From Candidatus Poribacteria bacterium (GTDB lineage Bacteria; Poribacteria; WGA-4E; PCPOR2b): a stretch of DNA of 64,000 bases. The position numbers and the translations under genes are program-made. Under the pieces are notes generated by a model. That model did not search any database, was not told the origin of the DNA, and worked only from the letters and a program-made list of their open reading frames with translations. Position 1 is the first letter of the stretch; the number at the start of each line of letters is the position of its first letter. Shown here one piece after another: positions 10,581 through 19,879 of the stretch. The stretch spans positions 1,216,001-1,280,000 of the forward strand of contig OZ240245.1 in the NCBI GenBank assembly GCA_965198175.1, in the 5' to 3' direction.

Positions 10581-11080
10581 GCATGATCGTTTTGTGTCCA
10601 ATCGCCAAGAAATTCCAAAGTTTCAGTATCGATTACCAGCAGATAGATTTCTTCAAGTCCGGAGGCATATGAATGGCATTCGGCTTCTAGGGTCTCTGAT
10701 ATTCAAACTTCTACTTTACTCGGTTTAATATTGACACGAACCTGTTTCAAATGGTCTCATCACATTTGAATGGACTGAAGGTGGGAGCGTAAGCTTTCAG
10801 AGTAATCTCAAAGGCGTTCTCACAATGAAATTAGAGCAGGATTTTCTGGATCAGGAAGTAATGGTCTCCACCGAAGTCGAAAAAGGACAAGTCCGCGTCA
10901 CTTGGTAGCCTTCCAAAAGACAAGATTACTTGGGTATGGGGTGAACCCGGTGGCACGCGTCAAATCACGCACTCTTGCGACCGGAACCAACTTTTTAAGT
11001 TGGGTGTTACGGGACATTGGGAAAGAAATGAACCCTGTATTAACGCTTTTCGCGCAAAAATCTCTGTAGAGGAACATTAA

Positions 11081-13063
11081 ATGAAAACTTTACCAGACAA
11101 GATTACACTCAATCTTGACCTTGATAGTGACCCAGAAGTTAACGTCAAGGCCTTTATTGCGCCGATTGAGCATACTATATCCGATTTCCATGTAGAGTGG
11201 GACGCATTGGCGAATCTTCGTGTCGCTGAACCGGAAAAATGTCATTCTACATCGGTTTTTCAGTCTTTTCTCCCGACGCAATCGGTTTCAGTGGGTGAGT
11301 GCTGGCAGATTGCGGAAGACAGTGTAACGGAATTGCTCCGGCAACTGCATCCGAATCCAAATTTAGATATGCACATCAATGCTGGCGATTCTCGCGGGTT
11401 ATGGGCATGCCTACGTGCTAACAACGATAAATTCGCCGACATCGTGTTTCGGATTCATGCGGAGTTCAAGTTAGAAGACGGTTGGTTTACACCGTCCCAA
11501 TTTACCGGGTATCTTGTGATTGACCGAATCGAAGAGAAGATCGCTTTCTTTGAAATGTACGTCCCTGAAGGCACAGTAAACTTTGATGTTAACTGGAAGA
11601 AAGACAAAAATAAAAGCTATTCTATTACCGATGCCGGTCTTTGCAGGCAAATGGAACTCCGTGCCGGGACACAGAATCCGGTCCGAGATGCCGAATTCAC
11701 AAGGGATTCCATTACCTATAAAGAAGCGGAACGCATCCTGATACAGCGTTTCTATAGATCAGAACAAATTAACTGGGTGCCGCCGGAGCAGGCGTTAGAA
11801 ATAGCACAAACAAAACAGAAACCGATTCATGTTATCTCAATAGATGGACCGCTCGCTGATGAGGCGTGCTGAGGGAGCGGCAAAGGTCTGAGGGCAGGTG
11901 TGCTCTCTCATGATGAAACTATTAAATTCTTGAATGAGAACTTCATTAATACCTGGGTGTCGAATATCGTATTAGAGCGAACATCCGTAATGCGTGACTA
12001 TGCGGCACAGAGATTTGAAGACGGATCCAGGGCATTATTTGATAGAACACATCCTTTGGCAGAAGCCATCATGAAGGGATGGAAAGAACATTCACCAGCA
12101 GACTGTTTGATTATCTCGCCAGATTTTGAATTGATGGGCAGGCAACTCGTCAACGAACTCAGCGACGACAGCCAGCGTAGCGGACTCTTGCGGCATGAAT
12201 ATTACCTTGCATTCCTCAAGGAAGCCTTGGACGGGAAACAACCCGGATTGGGGAGCCCTATTCTCACCAGAGAGTCTCCTTCGCAGGAGGTGTTGGACGT
12301 TTTTCGGACCCCAACGGTCGGTTATCAAGATTATACCGTTGTTGTGATTGACACGACGGACTTTGAAAACGGCGGCGAACTCACTATTGACATTGACGTC
12401 GGCAGAGATGAAGGTGAAGGTGGGTTCTATCTGTTCGACGGCGACAGTGAACTCTCTACAGAAGAAGAAACACCTAAAGACATGCTTGCTCGGACATGGG
12501 TTGCATCCGGTGACACAAGGCAGATCACGCACCGTTTCGATCGCGGTCAACTATTTAAGTTAGGTGCCACCGGATATTGGGATAGAGAGGAACCGTGTGT
12601 CAACGCTTTCCGCGCAACAGTTTCCGTACAGGAAAATTCAGATGAGGGCACTTCAGGCACACCTTCAACTGGCTTGCGTGTTGTACTCAATAGTGCGCAA
12701 TCGTCACCGGAAATATTGGATATTTTTCGTGCACCCGGGAGCGGTTATCAAGATTATACTGTTGTCAATATTGATACCACGGCGTTTGAAGACGGTGGCA
12801 CGCTCACTATCTATGTCCGGGTCGGGAGTGCAGACGCGTCCGGTTCGTTTGACCTATTTGATAGCGACACCGAACTCCCGACAGAAGGGATGCCTAAGGA
12901 AGCACTCATTTCGGCGTGGGGTCTTAAACCCAATACAGCTACAACAATCAGACATCGTTTTGAGCGAGGCGAAGTTTTTAAGCTGGGTGCCACCGGCGAC
13001 TGGTTCAGTAAAAAAGGGGACAAAAATGCTTACTACTTAAGGATTTCTGTAGAGGAAAATTGA
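11081..13063 (+). CDS. Selenoprotein N (SELENON)-like protein, 660 aa, Sec encoded by TGA 11870-11872, with two C-terminal repeat domains
   Basis: The two track ORFs are in the same frame, separated by TGA plus 9 sense codons; read-through gives GPLADEAC-U-GSGKGLRAGVLSHDETIKFLNENFINTW; SelN-like motifs FRIHAEF, WFTPSQFTG and YLAFLKEAL lie on both sides of the TGA. Confidence 0.88.
11890..11907 (+). promoter_or_regulatory. Candidate bacterial SECIS hairpin
   Basis: GAGGGCA-GGUG-UGCUCUC: 7-bp stem with one G-U pair and a GG-starting tetraloop beginning 24 nt after the UGA. Confidence 0.65.
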
Positions 13064-13083
13064 AATTCAAACACCATTCAGGA

Positions 13084-13743
13084 ATTCGGTGATTCAGTGG
13101 ATATTCCAAACATTGTTATATTTGGCGGTGAATCGCAGGCTGGAACATACATTCTGCGGATTCACCTCAATGAGGACACTACATTACGGTTCGGGCGGTT
13201 CAAGAGTGGAAAGCTGATTTCGCTGCCCGCCGGTGAATATGCCTATGTCGGCTCCGCGCTCTCGGAAAAAGGCGCGACCTCACTGGCGCGGCGGCTCATT
13301 CGGCACGCAATGCGGAGTGGGAGTCAACAACCGCACCGTATTCGCGAGGAGATGATGCTCCGATTCGTTGAATGCGGTTTGGGAAACGGAAACCTACTAC
13401 CAAAGGGCGGCAAAACCTTGTTCTGGAACATAGATTTCCTCTTGGATTTGGGTTCGGCGGAGATTGTGAGCCTCTACGTCATTCGTTCACCTAACCGATT
13501 GGAAAGTAGGCTCGCTAAACAACTTGAGCGAGATTCACACACGCAAGTTATCGAACGTGGTTTAGGCGCAAACGATGTGCCAGGCAATACACATCTGTTG
13601 CACGTCCGCGCGGGGGAGCCGTGGTGGGCATCACTCCCGATTCAGCTTGCGAACGTGGCTGAAGGTAGTTCATAGTCAGCCTTTAGTGGACGATCGTGTA
13701 CCATCGGTGTCCTGAGCAGGACAAAAACTGGGGTCTGTAAGGA
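13084..13743 (+). repeat. Direct repeat copy 2 (~660 bp), DUF123 gene plus flanks
   Basis: Closely similar to 9920..10580. Confidence 0.9.
13097..13675 (+). CDS. GIY-YIG superfamily DUF123 nuclease-like protein (intact copy)
   Basis: GTYILRI...G.YAYVGSA....LARRLIRH...FWNIDFLL...E..LAK...GLGAND...HL pattern. Confidence 0.8.
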   Translation: MDIPNIVIFGGESQAGTYILRIHLNEDTTLRFGRFKSGKLISLPAGEYAYVGSALSEKGATSLARRLIRHAMRSGSQQPHRIREEMMLRFVECGLGNGNLLPKGGKTLFWNIDFLLDLGSAEIVSLYVIRSPNRLESRLAKQLERDSHTQVIERGLGANDVPGNTHLLHVRAGEPWWASLPIQLANVAEGSS

Positions 13744-13749
13744 ACAGTA

Positions 13750-16590
13750 TTATTGACCGACCAGATGACTTACATCAATGCTCCAGCCCAGCGTTCCTGA
13801 ATCAATCTGCTGATATAGAATAGTTTCGCCATCGGGCGACATTGAGAGCGGACGTGCCGTTGGTGGAACGTGAAGCATGACCGCACGTTCCGACGCGAAT
13901 ATCGGTGATGATGATGTACCGTCAAGCGATACCCGCTGCAATTCGCCTTTTCGTCCAAATGCAAGATAATACATGCCGTCTGATGACCAACTCGACGGGA
14001 TATAGCCTCTTTGTAACTTCTTTGCTTCTCCGCCATCGATTGATGCAACCCATACCTCTTCTGAATTCACCGCTCCTTGTATCACCAACTGGAAGGTCAG
14101 CCGCTTTCCATCGGGTGTCCAGGAGATGTTGATTTCCATTCCAGGAGTGTTGGTTATCTGCTTGGAGTCTCCGCCCGTCGCCGGAACAACGAAGAGATCG
14201 CCCTCCATCTCATCAGTACCGAAGTGTTTTCCTTTCAATCGGAGATAAGCAATCATTCTCCCATCAGGAGACCAAACGGGTCCCATGCACTGTTCCGAAT
14301 ATGGGAGTGTTTTCACCTGACCGTCGGATACAGAAACGACACAGAGTTGAGACGTGAAATCTCCTGATGTCTCGAATCTCGCGTTGATGAACGCGATTTT
14401 TTGACTGTCGGGCGACCAGCGGGGGACGAGACCAAAAAACTCGGTCTGCACCACCTGTTTGGGTGTTCCACCTTCCACCGGCATGATGTAAAGACACGCA
14501 CTCGCTTCGAGTGATACACCCGCTAGCGCCGGATCAGTCTCCTTGGGCTTCAACTGCACGAATGCAACCCACTTTTCATCGGGCGAAAAGGTTGATTGAC
14601 CGAAGAACATATCCTCTGGAAGTTCGATGGGTAGCTCGGCAAATTGACCTGTTTCAATGTCGAAAAATCCGGGGCGCCGGTCTTTGCTAGACGCCAGAAA
14701 CAGACGACTCCCGTCAGACAACCACTGTGCGCCTTCAAGCCGAAACTCCGGATTAGTGTTTATGCGTTGTTGTTCACCGCTTTTCATGCTGAGTGCATAG
14801 GTTACCTCTCTTAAATCCTCCTGCAGAAGGATAATCTTCCCGTCAGGGGTCCACCGCAAAAGTCTTGCGTAGTTATCTGAATCCTGCCGCCTGAGTAGAA
14901 TTGGTTCGCCTGTCAAGTCACCTTCTTCGTTCACAGGAGATGCGATTATATCAATGTTTCCATCACGTAAATGGGCTCTATAGGCAATCCACTTTCCATC
15001 AGGTGAATGAATGGGGGTGTCGGAGACATGGACCTCCTCACTTACTACTGTTAATTTCGCTTTACCACCCTGAACAGGCTGTTTCCACACACGGGAGCTT
15101 TTAATCCAGAGACCTCGTCTTGATGAATAGAAAATCCATTTCCCATCAGGCGACCAAGATGGGTCAGTGTTCTCCTTCCCATCCATTGTGAAGGGACGCA
15201 CTGCTCCGTTGCTGAGGGAGACAATCCAAATATCCTTATCTTTCCCTTTCATCTTGACAAACGCGAGTTCCTGGCTGTCAGGGGCCCAACTCAGTCCGTA
15301 ACCGTGTTCGGCATCGGCATGCGCGAGAAAACGCTTCTCACCGCCTGAAGCAGGAATCAGATACAAATCATAATGTCCGCTGCCTTGATGACTTTGTTCT
15401 TGACGATAAAATGCAATCCATTTTCCATCAGGCGACCATTTAGGTCGATCAGGCCATTCACCCCCTGGACCATCTGCATAGATGGTTTTTCGTTCTACCG
15501 GTGCATTGGAGTCTAATCTGGTTAATGGATAGAGGGCAATCATCGGCTGCCGCTGAGCCGGCTGTTCCGGAAAAGGTACATAGGCGAATTGTGTGCCGTC
15601 GGGCGAAATATCAATGCTCCAGCTAAGGATCCGATCATTGGGCACGTGTATGGCAGTCACCGTTATCTTCTTTTCGTTCGATTCCTCAGTTTGTCCGATA
15701 GCAGCAAGCGTCTTGAGCGGCTCCGGTCTCCCCCCAAAATCGCCAGCTTCCCCTTCAGCACCGAGTATCGCAACCCGAGTCGCTTCTGCATCTACGGGGA
15801 GGTCGCCGTCTTCAACAACCTGTGTTTTCAGAGGTAAAGAGCCGCCCAGCCATTCGCCCAGCGGATAAAGCGGGCTGTGCGGAAGGCTCAAACTCAAAAG
15901 CAGGAGAATTACCCCACCGGCAGCGGATAGTCCCAAAGGTAGCGTGGTCTTGTGGGGCGCTGTCTGAATCTTTGCATTACTGATTAACTCCACCACGCGG
16001 GCGGTGAATCCCGGCTGTAATTTTCTTTCGGCAAAAGCGGTACGTATCATTGGAATCATCTCCTCACTTAAGGCAGTTTTCAATTTTGCTCTGGCTCGCA
16101 CGAGTCGCTGATCGATGGTATTGGGGGAAACCCGCAATGTCTGGGCAATCTCCTTGCTTTTCATGCCAGCCATGTAACGGAGCACTAACACTTGACGGTG
16201 CATCTCAGGGAGGGAAGCCAATGCCTCATGCAGTTGTTCGTCTCTCAAATTTTCCAAATGTGCCTTCATGTCCGCACGCTGAATCTCATCGTGGTCTGCA
16301 AGGTGTGTCACGTCAACCTTTCTTTTTTGGGCGTAGTGAAAATCCTTACATCGGTTCGCAGCAATCGAATAGAGCCACGGATAGAAGTTATCCCATCGCC
16401 GTAGTGTCGATAGCTTCTTATAGGCGTTGAGAAAGACATCTTGAGTGATATCCTCAGCATCTTGAAACTGCCCGATATTCGCGTACACGAGTGCGAATAT
16501 GCGCTCTTTATATTTGTCAACCAACAGAGCGAATGCTTCCGTGCTACCCGAAAGACATTGACGAACGATATGGCCATCTCCGGTGTGCAT
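13750..16590 (-). CDS. ECF sigma factor fused through a TM helix to a TolB-like (PD40) beta-propeller
   Basis: sigma2 (DAEDITQDVFLNAY...WLYSIAAN), sigma4 (EIAQTLRVSPNTI..RLVRAR), hydrophobic LGLSAAGGVILLLLSLSL, repeated WSPDGKWIAF. Confidence 0.9.
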   Translation of the reverse strand: MHTGDGHIVRQCLSGSTEAFALLVDKYKERIFALVYANIGQFQDAEDITQDVFLNAYKKLSTLRRWDNFYPWLYSIAANRCKDFHYAQKRKVDVTHLADHDEIQRADMKAHLENLRDEQLHEALASLPEMHRQVLVLRYMAGMKSKEIAQTLRVSPNTIDQRLVRARAKLKTALSEEMIPMIRTAFAERKLQPGFTARVVELISNAKIQTAPHKTTLPLGLSAAGGVILLLLSLSLPHSPLYPLGEWLGGSLPLKTQVVEDGDLPVDAEATRVAILGAEGEAGDFGGRPEPLKTLAAIGQTEESNEKKITVTAIHVPNDRILSWSIDISPDGTQFAYVPFPEQPAQRQPMIALYPLTRLDSNAPVERKTIYADGPGGEWPDRPKWSPDGKWIAFYRQEQSHQGSGHYDLYLIPASGGEKRFLAHADAEHGYGLSWAPDSQELAFVKMKGKDKDIWIVSLSNGAVRPFTMDGKENTDPSWSPDGKWIFYSSRRGLWIKSSRVWKQPVQGGKAKLTVVSEEVHVSDTPIHSPDGKWIAYRAHLRDGNIDIIASPVNEEGDLTGEPILLRRQDSDNYARLLRWTPDGKIILLQEDLREVTYALSMKSGEQQRINTNPEFRLEGAQWLSDGSRLFLASSKDRRPGFFDIETGQFAELPIELPEDMFFGQSTFSPDEKWVAFVQLKPKETDPALAGVSLEASACLYIMPVEGGTPKQVVQTEFFGLVPRWSPDSQKIAFINARFETSGDFTSQLCVVSVSDGQVKTLPYSEQCMGPVWSPDGRMIAYLRLKGKHFGTDEMEGDLFVVPATGGDSKQITNTPGMEINISWTPDGKRLTFQLVIQGAVNSEEVWVASIDGGEAKKLQRGYIPSSWSSDGMYYLAFGRKGELQRVSLDGTSSSPIFASERAVMLHVPPTARPLSMSPDGETILYQQIDSGTLGWSIDVSHLVGQ

Positions 16591-16596
16591 CGGTGT

Positions 16597-16674
16597 TCCC
16601 TCGTATGAGATTGGTGTTACTATCTATATAGAAGTCACTCAACCCCGAATTCTGACATCGGGTTGATTTTTTTT
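16597..16674 (-). promoter_or_regulatory. Conserved upstream region of the first ECF gene (candidate autoregulatory promoter and RBS)
   Basis: Shares AACCCGATGT, CTATATAG, AGTAACA and GAGGGA (minus strand) with 19651..19728. Confidence 0.5.
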
Positions 16675-17061
16675 GAGGAGAAAAGTCGCAACCGCTACAG
16701 TGGAATTGAAAGTGTTCCTGCGAATATTGTACCCAGTCTGAATCAGAATTTACAGGATTTTAGGATTTGCAGGATACGGCATCAGCTCACACGGGAATTG
16801 ATTGTGCACAGAGGTGATTATTGGGGGCAAAGGTGTGGAAATACACATAGAGCATACGTTCCCGCAAACTGTACCGTATAGAAAAGAAAAAGGCGTCCAT
16901 CTGCTGTAACACTGGGGCAAATGGGCGCCGCTGTGTGTGCAATAGTCATTGTAACTAAGATTGAAATGGCTCCTTCGTTGGTACTTTGAGTTTGTTTTGC
17001 TATCCGATGAGGGTCGTCTGGAGATCGGGATGTGAGATGAGAATTTATCGGCAGCACAAGC

Positions 17062-19644
17062 TCAATCATCACCGGATTCCAGATTCCACAACAGAACCTC
17101 TCCCATTCCTGACGCCGAAGCGAGTTTTGTGCCATCTGGTGAGAACGCTAAAACGGAGACCCAAGCTCTATGCCCCGTCATTAGCGTGGCAATATTTTTT
17201 CCTGTCGGCATCTCCCACAGTTTGACCGTACCATAATCTGCCCCCGATGCGAGGGGCTTGCCATCGGGCGAGAACGCTACAGCGTGGACCCAATCCCCAT
17301 GTTCTAGAATAGCAACATTTGTTTCCGTCGAAATGTCCCACAGTATGACCGTATTATCTTGCGACGCCGATGCGAGAGTCATGCCGTCTGGCGAGAACGC
17401 AACGGAGAAGACCGAATCCGAGTGCTCAAATGCCGCGATGCTTGTTTCCGTCGAAACGTCCCACAGTTTGACCGTGTTATCACTTGACCCTGATACGAGT
17501 CTTGTTCCATCGGGCGAAAACGCCACAGAGTTAATCGCATCCGTATGCCCCCCTGCGAGTATGCAAATATCTTCTCCTGTTGATACATTCGTCAAAATAA
17601 TCCTTGTAGGATAAAGCACCGTAGCGAGTATTGAGCCATCCTTGGAGTACCTGTCAGAACGAGTCCAATCGGCGTTTCGTGTGGGTGTGTCAAGAGTTTT
17701 TCCTGTTGAAACATCCCATAGTTTTATCTCGTCATGACCCACCGTCGCAGCGAGCTTTGTTCCGTGGGGCGAGAACGCCAGGGAAAAGACACGAGCGTGA
17801 TGTCCTGTGATTGTGCCAACAACTTTTCCCGCCGAAACATCCCATAGGTCAACGGCTCCGAGATTTTCCCGAGTATGCGCTAGTAGCGCGCCATCCGGTG
17901 AGAACGCCACAGATTTGTACAATCCACCCCGAGGCGCTCGAATCATAGTGATGAGGTGTCCCGTATCGGCGTCACACAACCTAACGGTTCCATTATCTGC
18001 TCCTGAAGCAAATTTTGTACCGTCGGGCGAGAACGCTACGGAGGACACCCTATCCGGATGGTCGGTGAGTGTGGCGATGTTTTTTCCCGTTGTAACGTTC
18101 CAGAGTTTCACCGTGGTATCGCTTGACCCTGAAACGAGTTTTGTACCGTCGGGTGAGAACGCCACAGATTCGACATGATCCGTATGCCCGGCGAATGTGG
18201 CAATGTCTTTTCCCGTTGCAACGTCCCACAGTTTGATGGTTTTGTCTATGGAGCCTGAAGCGATATTTCTGCCATCGGGCGAAAACGCCACAGATCTTGG
18301 CAATGCTGTGTGTCCGGAAAGTGTGGAAATATTTTTTCCCGTTGCAACGTCCCACAGTTTAACAGTTGTATCCGCTCCAGAAGCGAGTTTTGTGCCATCG
18401 GGCGAAAACGCGACTGACCAGACCGCACCCATTTGTCCGTCAAGTGTGGCGATATTTCTCCGTGTTGAAACCTCCCATAGTTTGATACTACTCCCATGCC
18501 CCGCGGCAAGCAGTGCGCCGTCGGGCGAGAATACAACAGCACCCTCCCAAGGCGAGTGTCCGCCGGCAAATAGTGCAAGCTCACGAGTTGTCAGCACATC
18601 ATAAAGCCAGACGCCAGTGGCAGTTGCAACGGCGAGGTGTTCTCCATCGGGCGAAAACGCGATTACTCCCTCACCTTGGCTAATACCCCCTTTTGCAAAG
18701 CGGGCGATGGCATATTCCGGTAAACTCCACGTCTGATGATCTTGATATCCAATGGCAGCAGGCATTTTGGGCGGTTTCGGTCTCCGCCCAAAATTGCCAT
18801 CTTCCCTTTCAGCACCGAGTATCGCAACCCGAGTTGCTTCCGCATCTGCAGGGAGTTCGCCATCTTCGGCAACTTGTGCATTCAGAGGCAGGTAGCCGCC
18901 TAGCCATTCTCCTAACGGATAAAGCGGGCTGTGCGGAATGCTCAAACTCAAGAGCAAAAGAATTAGTCCACCGGCAGCGGATAGCCCAAAAGGCAAGGCT
19001 GTCTTGTGAGGTGCTGTTTGAATCTTCGCTTCACTGATTAACTCTACCACACGGGCGGTGAATCCTGGCTGTAAGTTTCTTTCGGCAAAAGTAGTGCGTA
19101 TCATTGGAATCATCTCCTCACTTAAGGCAGTTTTCAATTTTGCTCTGGCTCGCATGAGTCGCTGATTTATAGCATTCGGAGACACCCGCAACGTCTCGGC
19201 AATTTCCTTGCTTTTCATGCCAGTCATGTAACGGAGCACTAACACTTGACGGTGCATCTCAGGGAGAGACGCCAATGCGTCGTGAACTCGTTCGTTCGTC
19301 AGTTTTTCTGAGTGCGCATCCACGTCTATCCGGTGATTTTCATCTGGCTCGGCAAGAAGCGCCGTGGCGACTTGTCTTTTCTGGGCGCGGTGAAAATTCT
19401 TGCACTGATTCGAAGCAATCGAATAAAGCCACGGATAGAAGTTGTCCCATCGCCGCAAGGTTGATAGGTTCTTGTACGCTTCGAGAAAGATGTCCTGAGT
19501 TAAATCTTCAGCGTCTTGAAACTGCCCAACTTTCGCGTACACGAGCGCGAAGATGCGCTCTTTATATCTATCAACCAACAGGGCAAATGCTTCGGTACTA
19601 CCCGAAAGGCATTGATGAACGATATGACCATCTCTGGTGTGCAT
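17062..19644 (-). CDS. ECF sigma factor fused through a TM helix to WD40 repeats
   Basis: First ~290 aa are paralogous to 13750..16590; followed by repeated GHT..V.SVAFSPDG..LASGS.D.TVKLWD. Confidence 0.92.
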   Translation of the reverse strand: MHTRDGHIVHQCLSGSTEAFALLVDRYKERIFALVYAKVGQFQDAEDLTQDIFLEAYKNLSTLRRWDNFYPWLYSIASNQCKNFHRAQKRQVATALLAEPDENHRIDVDAHSEKLTNERVHDALASLPEMHRQVLVLRYMTGMKSKEIAETLRVSPNAINQRLMRARAKLKTALSEEMIPMIRTTFAERNLQPGFTARVVELISEAKIQTAPHKTALPFGLSAAGGLILLLLSLSIPHSPLYPLGEWLGGYLPLNAQVAEDGELPADAEATRVAILGAEREDGNFGRRPKPPKMPAAIGYQDHQTWSLPEYAIARFAKGGISQGEGVIAFSPDGEHLAVATATGVWLYDVLTTRELALFAGGHSPWEGAVVFSPDGALLAAGHGSSIKLWEVSTRRNIATLDGQMGAVWSVAFSPDGTKLASGADTTVKLWDVATGKNISTLSGHTALPRSVAFSPDGRNIASGSIDKTIKLWDVATGKDIATFAGHTDHVESVAFSPDGTKLVSGSSDTTVKLWNVTTGKNIATLTDHPDRVSSVAFSPDGTKFASGADNGTVRLCDADTGHLITMIRAPRGGLYKSVAFSPDGALLAHTRENLGAVDLWDVSAGKVVGTITGHHARVFSLAFSPHGTKLAATVGHDEIKLWDVSTGKTLDTPTRNADWTRSDRYSKDGSILATVLYPTRIILTNVSTGEDICILAGGHTDAINSVAFSPDGTRLVSGSSDNTVKLWDVSTETSIAAFEHSDSVFSVAFSPDGMTLASASQDNTVILWDISTETNVAILEHGDWVHAVAFSPDGKPLASGADYGTVKLWEMPTGKNIATLMTGHRAWVSVLAFSPDGTKLASASGMGEVLLWNLESGDD

Positions 19645-19650
19645 AGACGC

Positions 19651-19728
19651 TCCCTCGAATGAGATGATTGTTACTGCCTATATAGTAACCGCCCACCCTC
19701 GAATTATTACATCGGGTTAATTTTTTTT
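19651..19728 (-). promoter_or_regulatory. Conserved upstream region of the second ECF gene
   Basis: Aligns with 16597..16674. Confidence 0.5.
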
Positions 19729-19879
19729 ACGAGAATAGTCCGTCCTAAAATTGGAGCGTATCTGGGTAAGCCATAGCGATTTTTGAACACATCAATCCTT
19801 ACATTACAGATGATTTTGTCGCTGGCAAATTTGAGGATAACCACTGCAACTGTCGTACCGTAGGCGCGGCAATCTACAA

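Noticed and set aside
11900..13063. Independent 387-aa gene starting at GTG 11900
   Set aside because: It is in frame with the upstream ORF, its start lies inside the SECIS-like hairpin, and SelN similarity runs across the TGA.
17258..18604. Plus-strand ORFs with repeated PSGENAT
   Set aside because: They are antisense shadows of the WD40 VAFSPDG repeats.
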